Source of the DNA: Gracilinanus agilis
Taxonomy: Eukaryota
DNA: 64,000 nucleotides
NCBI RefSeq assembly: GCF_016433145.1
Contig: NC_058130.1
Coordinates: 524,258,157-524,322,156, forward strand
Direction: 5' to 3'
Within the stretch, counting starts at the first letter, position 1. Each line of letters starts with the position of its first letter. The position numbers and the translations under genes are program-made. Positions 1 to 12,190 of this stretch are shown here, piece after piece. Under the pieces are notes generated by a model, which saw nothing but the letters and a program-made list of their open reading frames with translations, did not search any database and was not told the DNA's origin.

Positions 1-1330
1 GGAGGAGTGGGGGGGAGGGGGGAGCCGGTCCGAATAAAATAGTTATTCACACTGGGGGGGGGCGCCGGAGTCTGATATGAGGAGGGGAAAGACGAGGGAA
101 TCCTGAAGGAGGAGGAGACGGAGACATCGCCAAGGGCAAAGGCTAAGGGAATATCTGGTTCCAAGGCTCCAGGCTCTGAACTGCAGAATGCCTCTTAATA
201 GGTCCCAGTCTGTTTCTTCATCTGTAAAATGGAGGAGTGGAATCTATGGCCTCTTAAGGCCCGTTCAGGCTGCAAATCCGTGATCCTTTAAGTTTTGAGA
301 GGTTTCTTTCATGCTATTTATTCTGAACTTAAACACCCAAGGGGGGGGGGGGGGGAGAGGAAAGATTTCCATAAACCCGGCAGAACACAAAGAGACTGAA
401 ACATCAGCTCTCCCTTCTACCAAAGGATCCTGGTGCCAGGGGCAGTTTCCTATGGCAAAATGGCTAAACTACCTTGTGGCTTTCTGAATGTCCTGCAACA
501 CAGCTCCGGCTGGGGTCCGGAGACTGGCGCCAGTGACAGAATGGTTGCACGCCTTGCCCTCCTCAGATCCATCTCTGTATGTTAAGCAAGAGAAGAGAGA
601 CTCAGAGGTTTGGAAGGAAGCAGACATCCAGAACTGTTTGGTAAGAAACTTGTAGAGTGTTTATATACTTTTATTTTCTAAAGCAAATGGTATAGAAAGG
701 AGATAATTCACAGGGAGCTGGTCGTCTCGCTCTCCCTGGGGATCTAGGGGTACCCCTGAAGGGCTAGGCGGCTTTTTCCGTTGATAGATTTTCTCGTAAT
801 TTCGATGTCAAATACAGTTAAAGAGTCCCCCTTGCTGCACTGATCTTGTTGCGAGTAAGTCCTCTACCTTCTCCAAACCAGTAAACGTGGCCCAGCTTTT
901 ACAGAGGGATGTTCCCTACAGAGACATAACAAAAGCCCGAGCACCACTCTCCCTCTTTTGTTACCTCTCAAAGCACTTGTCCCCACTTGCCAAGTTCAGT
1001 TCTAAATCCAGCAGAGAATTATTTCCCTTTGTAGAACCCGGCCTCATGGTTCCAAGGGCAGTCTCCCGAATGGATCCCTCTGCTCTAGCGCCGCAGCACC
1101 GGGCTTGTGCCCGCAAACCCCGCCATGGGGGCTGTCTCCCTAACATGGTGGCTCTCCTGACCTTCCAGACCTTAGAAGCCGCCAAATGTTTCTTTCCCAT
1201 AATCTTTCAGCTGCGGCAGGAGAGAGGAGACAGAACAGGGACAGAAGCAAATGGAAGGCTTCGTGCCACCCTGGCATGGGGGGAGTGGGACGGGCAGGGC
1301 TTCTAAGCATCAGCCTGGCCGTGTCCTCAC
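1..1330 (-). mobile_element. Probable LTR/ERV-derived sequence (LTR plus leader), boundaries uncertain
   Basis: LTR-like composition and a minus-strand AATAAA (TTTATT near 668). Minus strand reads ...GTCA-C-TGGCGCCAGTCTCCGGAC at 532..515, an LTR-end/PBS-like juxtaposition but a poor tRNA match. Confidence 0.3.
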
Positions 1331-1689
1331 AATTCCGTGTCTGCCGCCCTGTTTTCTCTGGAAGGCACCAGCAGTGCCTCCCTACATCTTAGAGCAGGGA
1401 AAGGGGAGAAGCTGCTTCCAAAGGAGCCCAGGGTGCTAAGCGGCCAACGAGGTGTGTGTCCAGAGCCAGGCTGGCTAGGACATTGTGCCCCCCCATCGCA
1501 TTCTCAGAGGATGGGGCTCCCCAGGGTCACTGCCTCATTACACACCAATGGCAGGAACCTTGTGATTTTCTGTAGTTGAGAGCTCTATAGATCTCATCCA
1601 CCTTGCACGTGAGTGACATTCAGCCCATTAATTTGTGAGACCACCACTGTCTTACAGGTACTAGTATGATAGTTCATGTTTAACAACCA

Positions 1690-1925
1690 TCTTTGGAAAA
1701 AAGGCCCAAGATACATTTATGTATTTATTTGTAATGTTTTAGCTTTATTTTATTTTAATAACACTGAGACACTTTTAAGTTAAATCAACATTTAACATTT
1801 TTTCCATAGCTTTCTTGAGTCTAGATGTCAAGTTCACTTAAACAATCAAGCCCTGATTTGTAGCGCTTATGGGTGTAAATGCTCAAACCTACAATTTTAC
1901 AACTCAGCACACACTTGCCTCAGGG
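1690..1925 (-). mobile_element. Marsupial short interspersed element (Mar3/MER63-like, hAT-Blackjack-related), copy 1
   Basis: Reverse complement resembles 11960..12190 and 43965..44160 (GCTACAAATCAGGGCTTGATT...TCTAGAC..AAGAAAG..ATGG..AAAATGTTAA). Family name from memory. Confidence 0.5.
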
Positions 1926-2079
1926 ATCTCATGGTGACTTTGAGGTGAATGTGGATTGACTCACATGAATCCACAGGAAACGTTTTAATCTACTATGCAA
2001 AAGATAAGATTGGCCATCTCACAGACTGAACAACTCTCCAAGCCAAGGGGGGAAAGTTAAAGGTTCAAGGTGGACAGTG

Positions 2080-4700
2080 CAACGATTTAAATTCTGGATG
2101 AAGGATTTATCTAATTAAAGATAACCACTTGCTGTAAGGATGGGATTGATGCAAGGAGGATGGGACAAAAGGAGCCAGAAGAAGGCAATTGGTGACAGTT
2201 ACTGACAGTTGAGACCAGAGAGAATTCTGGGAATTTCTCCAAGGAGGAAGGAGAGGAGAGGTCTTCAGGCAGAGGACTAGGAGGAGAGAGGAGGAGGACA
2301 TCCCAGCTCGGATCCAGTCCTGAGGGCTTCCTGAGCATCTTTCTTTGGAAATTGAAACCCTGATTTCCTGATCAAAGCCATTCCATCGCATCTCACCCAT
2401 CAAGACTTCAACCATTGAGTCAGCTAAGTTTGGACTCCCTTTTGGGAGTGATCTCTTATTCTCCTTCACCCATTCCCAATCTTGCTGAGAGACCCTTTTT
2501 CAGTCAAACCTTACAATTATAGAAAAGGATAGAAATAGAAACAGAAGGAGAAGGAGTGAGGGGAGGAACTTAGGTGTGGGAACCACTAGGGATCCCACCC
2601 AAGTGACAGACTCCATAGCAATAGCAAAGAGGGCACCCAAAAATCCTTCTGCCCTTCACCACTTTCCCCAATCCCAGAATTGCAAATAATAAAAGCCTTT
2701 CATTAGTCAGATAGTGTTCCAGAGTGCCTGAGAGACTACAAAGGAGAGGGGAACCACAGCTTGGTCTGGATGCCTCCATCTTGAAGCTGGACCTCCTGCT
2801 GTGAAATTAACTGATGTGGGGGAGGTTTGTGTGAACCCCATCCTTATTCAGAATTGGATGGGGTACCATATACCTTGTCTTATAGGGAAGCCTCACCCCC
2901 AACTCTGAGGGGTAGCAAGACCATCCAGGTCACTCAGTTTCAGGGTGACACCTCCTTAAAGTCTCCCAGTGTATATTCAGCCCGAGGGAGTGCTGAAGGA
3001 GGGAGTCACCACATAGACTCTCTCTCTCTCTCTCTCTCTCTCTCCCTTCTGTCAAACATTGGTTACAGGTGTTTTTTATTGTTACAGTTTTGGCAGAGCC
3101 AGCTTAGGTAAAGTACCTAAATAATTGGGGGGGGGGAGGGGAGAAGCTCTGTTAGAACCAGATGGCAGCCATTTTTCTCCTATCTACAGCATAGCAAAGG
3201 GGACAAACTTAGACAAGCAAAGAAAATTTAAAGGCACAGTACCATAGAAATTTTACATTCAAAATGGATGCACCAATGGGGAAACCAATTTGTACCATGA
3301 TGGGACTCCTTACATTACTATACAACTTTTTGACTATGATTTATCATTTCTGGATGGTAGTGATCCCAGGGTATATAATGGAAATCATAGAAATATATGA
3401 TTCCTGCCAATAGTGTAATAAATACATAATGGAGGCTAATGAGAGGCTTATATTAGAGGGCAGGGTTGTATCAGCTTAGTCTGCTAGACATGGAGACTGT
3501 AACTTTAGTATAGGTTGGTTTGGGTCAGTCAGGGTTGTGTGAGGGTGAGAGGAGATGTTTCAATCAGTTTCCCTGTTATCTCTAAGTTCCTTGAGGTAAG
3601 GAGTGAGATGCCCCTCCCCTCCTGATGAAAACTGCAAACCAACAGGAAGTGAAACTTGATTCACTTCCTGAGTAAGATGGATGCCTGATTTAGCCTCTGA
3701 GGAAAACAAGGGAAAGCTATATTTCCCTCTTCAGTCTTGGTCCTAGTTGATGGTAAAAATGAATCAACAGAAGCTCTTTGAATGAAGACCAAGGGGTTCA
3801 TTGAAAGCAAGGGTAAGCTGAGGGAAGAGGGTTAAGGTCTGGAAAGCTGTTGCTAAGGGTGATGCCAGTGCTGGGGGGGGGGGGGGAGTGGTCACAGAAG
3901 GTAGAGGTCAGGCTGAGGGAACCAGCCCCTCAGCCAGGGATAAATTTCACTGCCCTCATATAGAAAGGTCTAGCCAGATAACAAATGAGAGTAATGGCTT
4001 GGTTTAGAGGTGTCCCTGCCTGCCTAAGTAAACTAATTTCCTATGATCTCTACCCACCAAAATCCCTCCTCCCAGGGCCCAAGGGGAGATGCAGGGGATA
4101 GCAGGATGTCTGGGTCAGGACACAAGGATGATAGCACTGTATTGATAATGACATTAAGAAAGAAAATAACAAAGTTACTTGAAGAGAATATTAATTTGAA
4201 AGGGGGAAAAGGGATCACATCAGGAGACAAAATAGAAATAACAATGCAAACAACTGAGGCACACACAGACATAGCAAACAAAATAGAGGAAGGGACACCA
4301 GCACCAGCAGTACCAATATTACCAATTATTGATCGCACAATTTTGCAGGTAGATTCTGGATTTCTCCATTTAAGAAGACATAAGCCATTCTCTGCTACAG
4401 ATCTAGACATCCTAAAACAACGAATGCCTGCCTTTTTTTAAAATCCCTTCAAGGCCATAAAAGAATTTAAGAGAGCCTTAAGACTTTTTGATCCCACATT
4501 TTCGGACATTGAAATTCTTTCTGAATTATTTACACCAGCAGAGAAAGCACAATTTATTGAGGAGACCCGTGGGAACACAAACTTAACATCTTGGCCACAA
4601 TATTATGAAGGTCTAGAATTAAATAGTCATCAAAACCTAGTATGCCTAACAATTTAAATTCTGGATGAAGCATTTGTCTAATTAAAGATAACCACTTGCA
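2080..4700 (+). mobile_element. Internally deleted ERV: 5' LTR (~2080..2840), leader, second LTR-like insert (~3540..4040), gag remnant, start of 3' LTR (4648..4699)
   Basis: 2081..2132 and 4648..4699 match at 49/52 nt. AATAAA near 2687 in the first LTR. A capsid-like ORF lies between the two copies. Confidence 0.65.
4043..4657 (+). pseudogene. ERV gag (gammaretrovirus-like p30 capsid N-terminal domain) remnant with one in-frame stop
   Basis: Reads HKPFSATDLDILKQRMPAFF*NPFKAIKEFKRALRLFDPTFSDIEILSELFTPAEKAQFI through TAA 4439..4441 in the same frame. It parallels MLV CA YWPFSSSDLYNWK...PSFSEDP...[25 protein letters not shown]. Confidence 0.7.
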
Positions 4701-4982
4701 CTTGTGACACATTTGGGTTTTTTACAACATAAGTATTCTCCCAGAGTTACACTGTGATTATTGTCATAGTTTGCCAAACCCAAGAAAATTGCAATATTCT
4801 TCCCTTCTGCTTCCGAGTGAACTTAGTCAGTGTTCTCCTTCCCCATGACATTTTGCTTTCTTTTCTTATTTGCAGTAAATGGGTTTTCAATCTAGTGGTA
4901 AAATCAAATTTTGAGAAGTTCACTTCCATTAATGTCCTGGGGTACAGGGAGGATATATGATTTCTTTTGAAAGAGAGCAATT

Positions 4983-5170
4983 GGGGGCAGCTGGGTAGCT
5001 CAGTGGATTGAGAACCAGGCCTAGAGATGGGAGGTCGTAGGTTCAAATCCGGCCTCAGACACTTCCTAGCTGTGTGACCCTGGGCAAGTCACTTGACCCC
5101 CATCACCCACCCTTACCACTCTTCCACCAAGGAGCCAATACACAGAAGTTAAGGGTTTAAAAAAAAAAAA
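4983..5170 (+). mobile_element. Young tRNA-derived CORE SINE (SINE1_Mdo/Opo-1-like, short-tail variant)
   Basis: GGGGCAGCTGGGTAGCTCAGTGG head, GGTTCAAATCC B box, CORE segment, poly-A tail. TSD AGAGCAATT(G) at 4974..4983 and 5171..5180. Confidence 0.9.
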
Positions 5171-6388
5171 AGAGCAATTGTTTTAAAATCCAGGGTGGTC
5201 GTCACAGAAACCAAGTAAATGGCCTTTGGTTTAAAATGCATCCAATAGACTGGAAGCTCTTTGAGGGCAAAGGCCCATCATGTTCTTGGTTCTGGGTCTC
5301 TGGCACCTACATAGTTCCTTGAGCAGAGTGGCTACTTTATGAACTTTGGATTGAATTAATTTGCTGTGGTTTTGGGGGGGAAAATGTAGGTCAGCTTTGC
5401 CTGAGTTCAGCAATGTTTTATCTTAGTTATCTTCCAAACCCTTCCAAAGGGCCTAGAAGGGTGATGCACCAAGGGCGGCCCCACAGTTCTCAAGCTTGGG
5501 AAGTCGGGAGTCATTGATAAGTTTCTTATTTATGAGGGTTTCAACTTTGCCCAGATTTGCTAAATGATTCACTAAAGGCCTGCTAAATCAACATGTGACT
5601 CAGCCTATGCAAATAGATTCCTGAATGTCCACAGACAACCTGGCTTGCATTCCTCTGAAAAGAAAGGGGAAAAAAGGAGCCTTTGTCTGAGCTCTAGGAG
5701 GCCCAGCGTCATTTCTAGTCAATTTGGAATAAAAATAAATTTTAAAATAATACAGTTATGCTTCATTTAAAAAAATAGAATATCCCTTTTATTTTAGTTT
5801 AGGTGTCATGATCCCAGGCTCGACTCTTTTGTTCTATGTCATAGCTAACATATTGGTGGTTTTGACTTGTAATTTCTGGTAGAGAGTATTTTTAATGAGG
5901 AAATGCCCTCTACCTATGCAGATAAGTACCTGTTCTGTAATTTAAAGTCTGAGATAGTCGTTTAAGGCACTAAGAGATTAAATGACTTGCCCAGGGTCAC
6001 ACAGTCAGTGTGCATTGGAGACTGATTCGAAAGGAGGAGAGACATTGCAATGTGATATTCCAGAAAACAAAGGGTATGGATTTATAACCATAAATTGTCC
6101 TATAGGAGAAAAAAATGGCTCTTTAATGAAATAGAGGATTCCCAAGCGTTTCTGGTTTCTAAATCTTTACATCCTGCTTGCTCCTAAAATGATGATTAAG
6201 TAAATAATGGTTAGCATCTTCATTCTCTGCTTTAAGCTGTCGGAAGGATAGTTTGGCATTTAAAAAAATGTATATTTGACAATATGTTCTTTATCATTAT
6301 TAATAATAACTAACATTTAATAATATCAATGAATGCTTAAAAGTTTGCAAACTGCTTTTCATATTTTATCTCTAAAACCAAAAATAGT

Positions 6389-8230
6389 GGAGCCAAGATA
6401 ACAGAATAGTAGAAATAATTCAGTTGAACTTAACTCCACGGCTTTTTTTGAGAGAGCTGGGAAACACACCAGACTGAATGTTCTCACACTGAATAATTTT
6501 TCCAGTCCACATTAGCAAAAGGAGACAGATACTGGGTCTCTAAGACCCTGGGGATGGGGCCCAGCAAAGAATGACCACATTAAACAATGAGGAGAGGCTT
6601 TACAACTGTGCAAGATGGGGTTCCAGACACAGCAGCAAGAGGCCTAGTCTTGTACACCATGCAGGACCCATGCTCCAACCGACAGCTCTGTTGCTCATGA
6701 TCTGGTCCTGAGTAGTTTACCTAGATCCAGGGTGGATTCAGGAAGGGACTTACTTAAGAACATTCCAGAATGTAGAGCAGTCACCAGCCCTGGACTGTAC
6801 TGAGCAAGGAAAACAAACAGAAGCAAGTAGTAGCTATGTGTTGGGGAACTACAGGAGGGGAATAGGGATCTCACATCCAACCCCAAGCCTAGTCCGAAGC
6901 CTTTGGTGGAATAACCAGGGCAGGATACCAGAGAATAACACTCAATACCCCTAGAAAGCAGCAAGGGGTCTCTAGAAAACTCAAGCTCAGCACAGATAGT
7001 CACTCCAGAAATGAACAGTGCCTAGTCCTAATATAGAGTCCAAAGTCAGAAAGTAGGCTTGAAGAATAAGCAAACAAACATAAAAAGAATCCCACCATAA
7101 AAAGCTACAATGGTGACAGGGATGTTCAAAAGAAACCCAAAAGAACAGAATGACCAAAACATCTACAAGCAAGGGTTCAAAGTTTGGACCCAAGTTCAAG
7201 TAGAATTCTAGAAGAGATGAAACAAGAATTTTTTTTAAAAAGCTGAAATGTTTTCCTAAGTGAAATAAGAATGCTAAAAGAAAAAATTAGAAATGAAAAT
7301 AGACACGTGGTTCAATGGGGATATGATTAGGATTTTGATGTCAAAAGATCACTCTGTTGCAAATATGAATAATATGGAAATAGGTTTTGAACAATGATAC
7401 ATAGATAACCCAATGGAATTGCTTATCAGCTCTGGGTGGGGGAAGGAAAAGGGATGGGAGAAATCATGAATCATGTAATCATGGGAAAATATTCTAAATA
7501 AATAAAAAGAAAGAAAAAGAAATAAAGATAGAAGGAAGAATTGGAAAGGGAATTAGCAAATTGGTATAAAATGTACAAAACTTTGCCCAAGCAACAAACT
7601 CCATGAAAATGAGAATGGACCAGATAAAAACTCCACAAGTCAATAAAAAATTGTGAAAATGAATTTAAAAGACTAAAAAAGAAGAAAAAAATGTAGGCTT
7701 TCTCATTTAAAAATAAAACTACTGATCTGGAACTGAGTAGAGGACCTGAAAGCAATGATGGAAAAAGAACCCAGATATATATAAAGAAAACTGCCCAGAT
7801 CTCTTAGAATCAGAAGATGATAGAAAAGTAGAATCAACTGGTTATCTCCTGAAAAAAAAAACCCTAAATGAAAACTCCCCAAAACATTATAATTTAAATC
7901 TAGAGCTTCTAGGTTAAAGGAAAAAGTACTGCACATGACCAAAAACAATGAATCAAATAAAGGAACCTCACTCAGGATCACATACAATTTAGCAGTCATC
8001 TCTATAGGAACAGAGAGTTTGGAATGTGATATTCCATAAAAGCAAAAGGCATAGGTTTACAACTATAAGTTGGTCCTACAAAATTAAAAATGGATCTTTA
8101 AGGAAATAAGGAATTTCCAAGCATTTCTAATGAAAAGACTAGAACTGTTTAGAAACTCTGAAATGCAAACACAGGAGTTAAAAGATACATGAAGTAAACA
8201 TGAGTAAGCAATCACAAGAGACCAAGTAAG
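6389..8230 (+). mobile_element. Degraded LINE-1 5'UTR and ORF1
   Basis: Starts with GGAGCCAAGAT, typical of L1 5' ends. A-rich ORF1-like remnants follow at ~7000..8200 with many disruptions. Confidence 0.7.
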
Positions 8231-8659
8231 GACAAATCACTCACATTCTAATGTGTGAATCATATCACATTAGGGGTTATAGAGTGAGGTAAATCAGACC
8301 TGGGAGTAAATCTATTATCTTTTAAGGATCCCCTCCTTTTAAAAAAAGTTTTACCAATGTATTGTTTTTTAGATCAAAAACATTTACTGATAACCTACTT
8401 TTTGAGAGGTCTCTTGTTACAAAGTAAAGTAAAAAAAGTTGTCTCTTGTCTCTTGTTACAAAGTAAAACACAGTTACATAAAACTAATACTGTAACCTCA
8501 ATTGAATGTTTGTGTAATACTTCACCTCTGTAGCATCCCCCCGCCTTAAAAAAATGTAACAAAAATCTATTTTCTCTCCATCTCACCTCCTACTCCACTA
8601 GGGGAAAAAAAAGAGAAAAATTTCTTTGGACAAATATGTATACTCAAGGAAGTCATAAA

Positions 8660-9170
8660 CCTTTGCCACTCTGATGGGGGTAAGTGGGAATACTAGAATT
8701 ATTCAAATATCCTTTTTTCTCATTAATAATGATTTGGAGCTTCCCCTCTCCCCCCCGCAAATAGCCACAGATAGCCTCAGTTTCTTCTCTTGAGAACTAT
8801 TTATGTTCTTAGGTCATTTATCATTTGGGGAATGACTCTTTTCTTGAAAAATTTGAATCAATTCTTTATATTATCTTGAAAATGAACCTTTATCAGAGAA
8901 ACCTGCTACAAAAATTTGCCCCAGTTTAGTTTCCCTTTTAATATCAATTTTATTCCATTTGATTGTGCAACTCCTTTTATTTTGTATAATCAAAATCACT
9001 CATTTTACCTTCTGTAATATTCTCTATTTCTTGTTTGACTGTGAATTTTTCTCCTATTCATAGATATCACAGGTAATTTTCCCATGGTTCTCTAATTTGT
9101 TTATGATGTGGCCCTTTTAAGGCTAGATCACATAAGTATTTGGAGCTTATCTTTCTCTAAGGTGTGCAAG
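8660..9170 (-). mobile_element. Degraded LINE-1 ORF2 3' fragment
   Basis: T-rich reverse L1-like sequence; similar to 44180..45480 and 49430..49690. Confidence 0.55.
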
Positions 9171-9389
9171 TAGAAGTCTCTGAAATCAAGGAGGAAGGGG
9201 TAGGAGGAGTGGACAACACTGGCACCTTACTCTGATCTGAATCGGTTAAAGGAGGAGGGAGTGCATGCCCATGTACACACATTGAGTACAGAATTACATT
9301 TTAATCAACAAGGAATCAGAAAGGAAAGGTGAAAAAGGTGAGGGGAATAAATGGGAGGGTGGATTAAGGGAATGACCTAAGTGAAACGA

Positions 9390-9870
9390 ACTCAACTAAG
9401 GATATTTGTAGCAAAATGTCCTTATGACAATAATATTTATAGCAGTTCCTTTTGCAATGTTAAAGACTTGGAAACTGAAGAGATGCCTATCGATTGGAGA
9501 ACGGCTGAATAAGTTGTGGCATCTGGATGTGATGCAATAGTGTTGTAGTGCTGTAAGAAATGATGAAGAGAATGGATCCACAGACACCTGGGAAGACTTT
9601 TTGAAATGACAGAGTAAAGTGAGCAGAAGCAGGAGAATAATTTATATGATAACAACAACACAGTAAAGACAAACAACTTTAAAAGCTTAGGGACTCTGAA
9701 CAACGTAAGGCCAACCAAAATTCCAGAGCATTCATGTTGAAACATACTCATCTTCTGATAGAGAAATGACGGCCTCCAATGCAGATGGAAACATTTTCTT
9801 GGATTATGGCCAACAAAGTTATTTGTTTTTCTAGATTATGTATTTATTAAAGATTTTTGTTTTTCATTCC
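9390..9870 (+). mobile_element. LINE-1 ORF2 end / 3'UTR fragment
   Basis: ATATTTATAGCAG..CTTTT..GT..AAAGA.TTGGAAA...GATGCC..TC.ATTGG.GAA.GGCTGAATAAGTTGTGG, the conserved L1 ORF2 C-terminal motif; homologous to 16825..17545. Confidence 0.75.
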
Positions 9871-10481
9871 TTTTTTATAAGTTATTTTATTTAATCATGT
9901 AATAACATGGCAATGTTAGCATGATAACATGTAATAACAAATTTCCACATAAGTTTTCCGAAATTCTATGATCCAAATTGTCTCCCTTCCTCCCCCTTCC
10001 CAGAGCTGGCAATCCATTCTATCTGGGTTATACATACATTGTCATGCATTGCTTTTCTTTCTTTCTCAGTCGGAAAGGGGGGAAAAGAGAAAGGTGATAA
10101 GGTAAATTGTAACTGATTGAAACAAATTTTAATTAAAAACAAACCAAACAGATACATTCTCTTCTAAATTAGTGTTGCCAATTTTACATACAAAAACCCC
10201 AACAAAATTTGAATAAAAAGACATTATTTTCAAGATATTTGGTCTGGAAAATTTTCTTAAAAGTTGAGTTGAGAGGCAATATGGAGTAATGGGTATAAAA
10301 CCAGCCTTCAAGTCAAGAGGTCCTGAATTCAAATCCCACCTCTGAGGTATACTAGCTGTACACAAATCATTTTACTTTTGAATGTCCCAGGTAACTGACA
10401 ATAAACTGGAGGTAAAATATATATCAGGAGAAGAGTTTTCCCCACCAAGGGGCTCAGACCAAAGATTAAATCACAGACTTG

Positions 10482-10483
<2 letters not shown>

Positions 10484-10524
<41 letters not shown>
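10484..10524. repeat. (AC)n microsatellite, about 20 units
   Basis: Read directly. Confidence 0.95.
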
Positions 10525-10525
<1 letters not shown>

Positions 10526-11959
10526 CTAAAGTTAGCAACATTCACCATAATTCTCTTTGGTCTTTTGAAAGTAGTAGATTGTAGCAATCACCCGTTCACA
10601 AGGCACCACGCCAAGCTGAGACCCTGAGCTTCACTTCTACTCAAGGTTTGTGGGAGACAGCGCTGGCTGGCCACGTGCCTGACATTTGCCACATTTTCTG
10701 AGTTCTCTCTTTCTGGAAAGTTCCCACCTAGGACTGCCATGAAGACAGCAGTATGGCCACATAATTCAGTGTTCATATTCTCAACAGGAGATGGAACCCC
10801 CTTGGGTTCAGGGAGCATCTCCTGGTCACACAGTTTCCCAAAATCATTTCACAAGATCTACTGTCTAGCCTAGAGTGGGTACTCTTGGCCCCCAATGAAC
10901 TTCCCAGCTAAATATTTGTCTCCTGTCCCTGGTTCTGATCCTTGCTTAAAATTGTAATTGTGAGTGTGGCACAAGGTTATTTCCTAGACCTCTTGACTAG
11001 ATACAAACCTGTAACTTAAAGCATAGGCACAAAAGTCCCCAAATAAATCATCTTGACAGAGAATACCAGAAAGGCCTCCCTGTGCCAGACCAAGTAGAGG
11101 TGCTGAAGGAATGAATAGTTCCAAATGTTTATGAACACGACCATTTCTGACCCACTTTTTTCAAAGTAAGTTGACTTTTTAAGTTCCTTTGACTCTGTGG
11201 AGTTCTAAGGGTCATAAGGCCTAAAGAACTACTTCTGTGCTGATGAAAACAAAACAGAAAAAAAAAAAAAAAGAATCCTGCCTCAGGAGGGTTACACTTA
11301 GCAGCCTTAGCCAGCCAGCATGGACGTTTGCTCAAGTTTTCTCATCTTATAGAGATTCTAGTCATTATTCTCTTACCAAGGTGTTACTATTGATTTATAG
11401 GATTATCATAATATTAGCTTTATAACCACAAAATAACAATGTTCTCTAGAGACTTCCTCCCAAAGTGGTACAAAACTATTTTGATGTTTAAATTGTTGTT
11501 TAATAGAGAAAAAAAAGTGCTAACCAAAAGAAAAGGGACTAAATTAACAGGAAAAGAATTTTTAAAAAATTCCAAGACTTAGAAGAACACTAAAAACAAT
11601 AGAAAGCAGAAGACTTTAAAAGGACTTGAACATGTCTGTCTTAATTATTTAAAAAATCAAAGGCAGTGATGGGAAATAGGATAATTAAAATGTTTTTTAA
11701 AAGAAATAGTCATAAATTAAGGAAGACATTAGCAAACCAAGAAGTTCATGTTACAGTAAAAAGCATTTGGGTCATAAATTCAAAGCAGCTGTTCAGAAGA
11801 TTTACTATACAACTGGGTATGGACAAAGGGACCTCTGAGGCAGAGGACCTGGATTCAAATCCAACTTTGTTATGAATTACTTGTGAACCCCTGGTCAAGT
11901 CACTTAGCTTTTTTCTAGGGTTGTTTTCTAGCATGTAAGTAGCCACAATCAAAAAGAGT

Positions 11960-12190
11960 GCTCCTCTTTCCTGAAAGCCAATTGCTAAATTTTCAACATG
12001 AGCCTTGACACCTGGAAAACCGGCAAGTACTACAGATCTAGGCCTGATTTATTGTTTTGTTGATTGTTCAGACTTGTGAAAGTGATTGAGAAAATGTGAA
12101 AAATGCAGATTAAATTTAAAAAGTGTGTCATATGTAACATTTTCCCACAGGAGAGCTGGTTCTTAAACATTTACTGGCCCCCCACTAATG
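11960..12190 (+). mobile_element. Mar3/MER63-like element, copy 2
   Basis: Shares GATTTATTGTTTTGTTGATTG..CAGACTT..GAAAGTGAT.GAGAAAATGT..A.AATGCAGATTAAA with 43965..44160. Confidence 0.55.

Noticed and set aside
515-532. tRNA-Lys primer-binding site (minus strand)
   Set aside because: Only about 12/18 match to the Lys3 PBS; too weak to call.
4983-5060. tRNA genes
   Set aside because: A/B-box sequences here and elsewhere are SINE heads continuing into CORE and tail; no cloverleaf.
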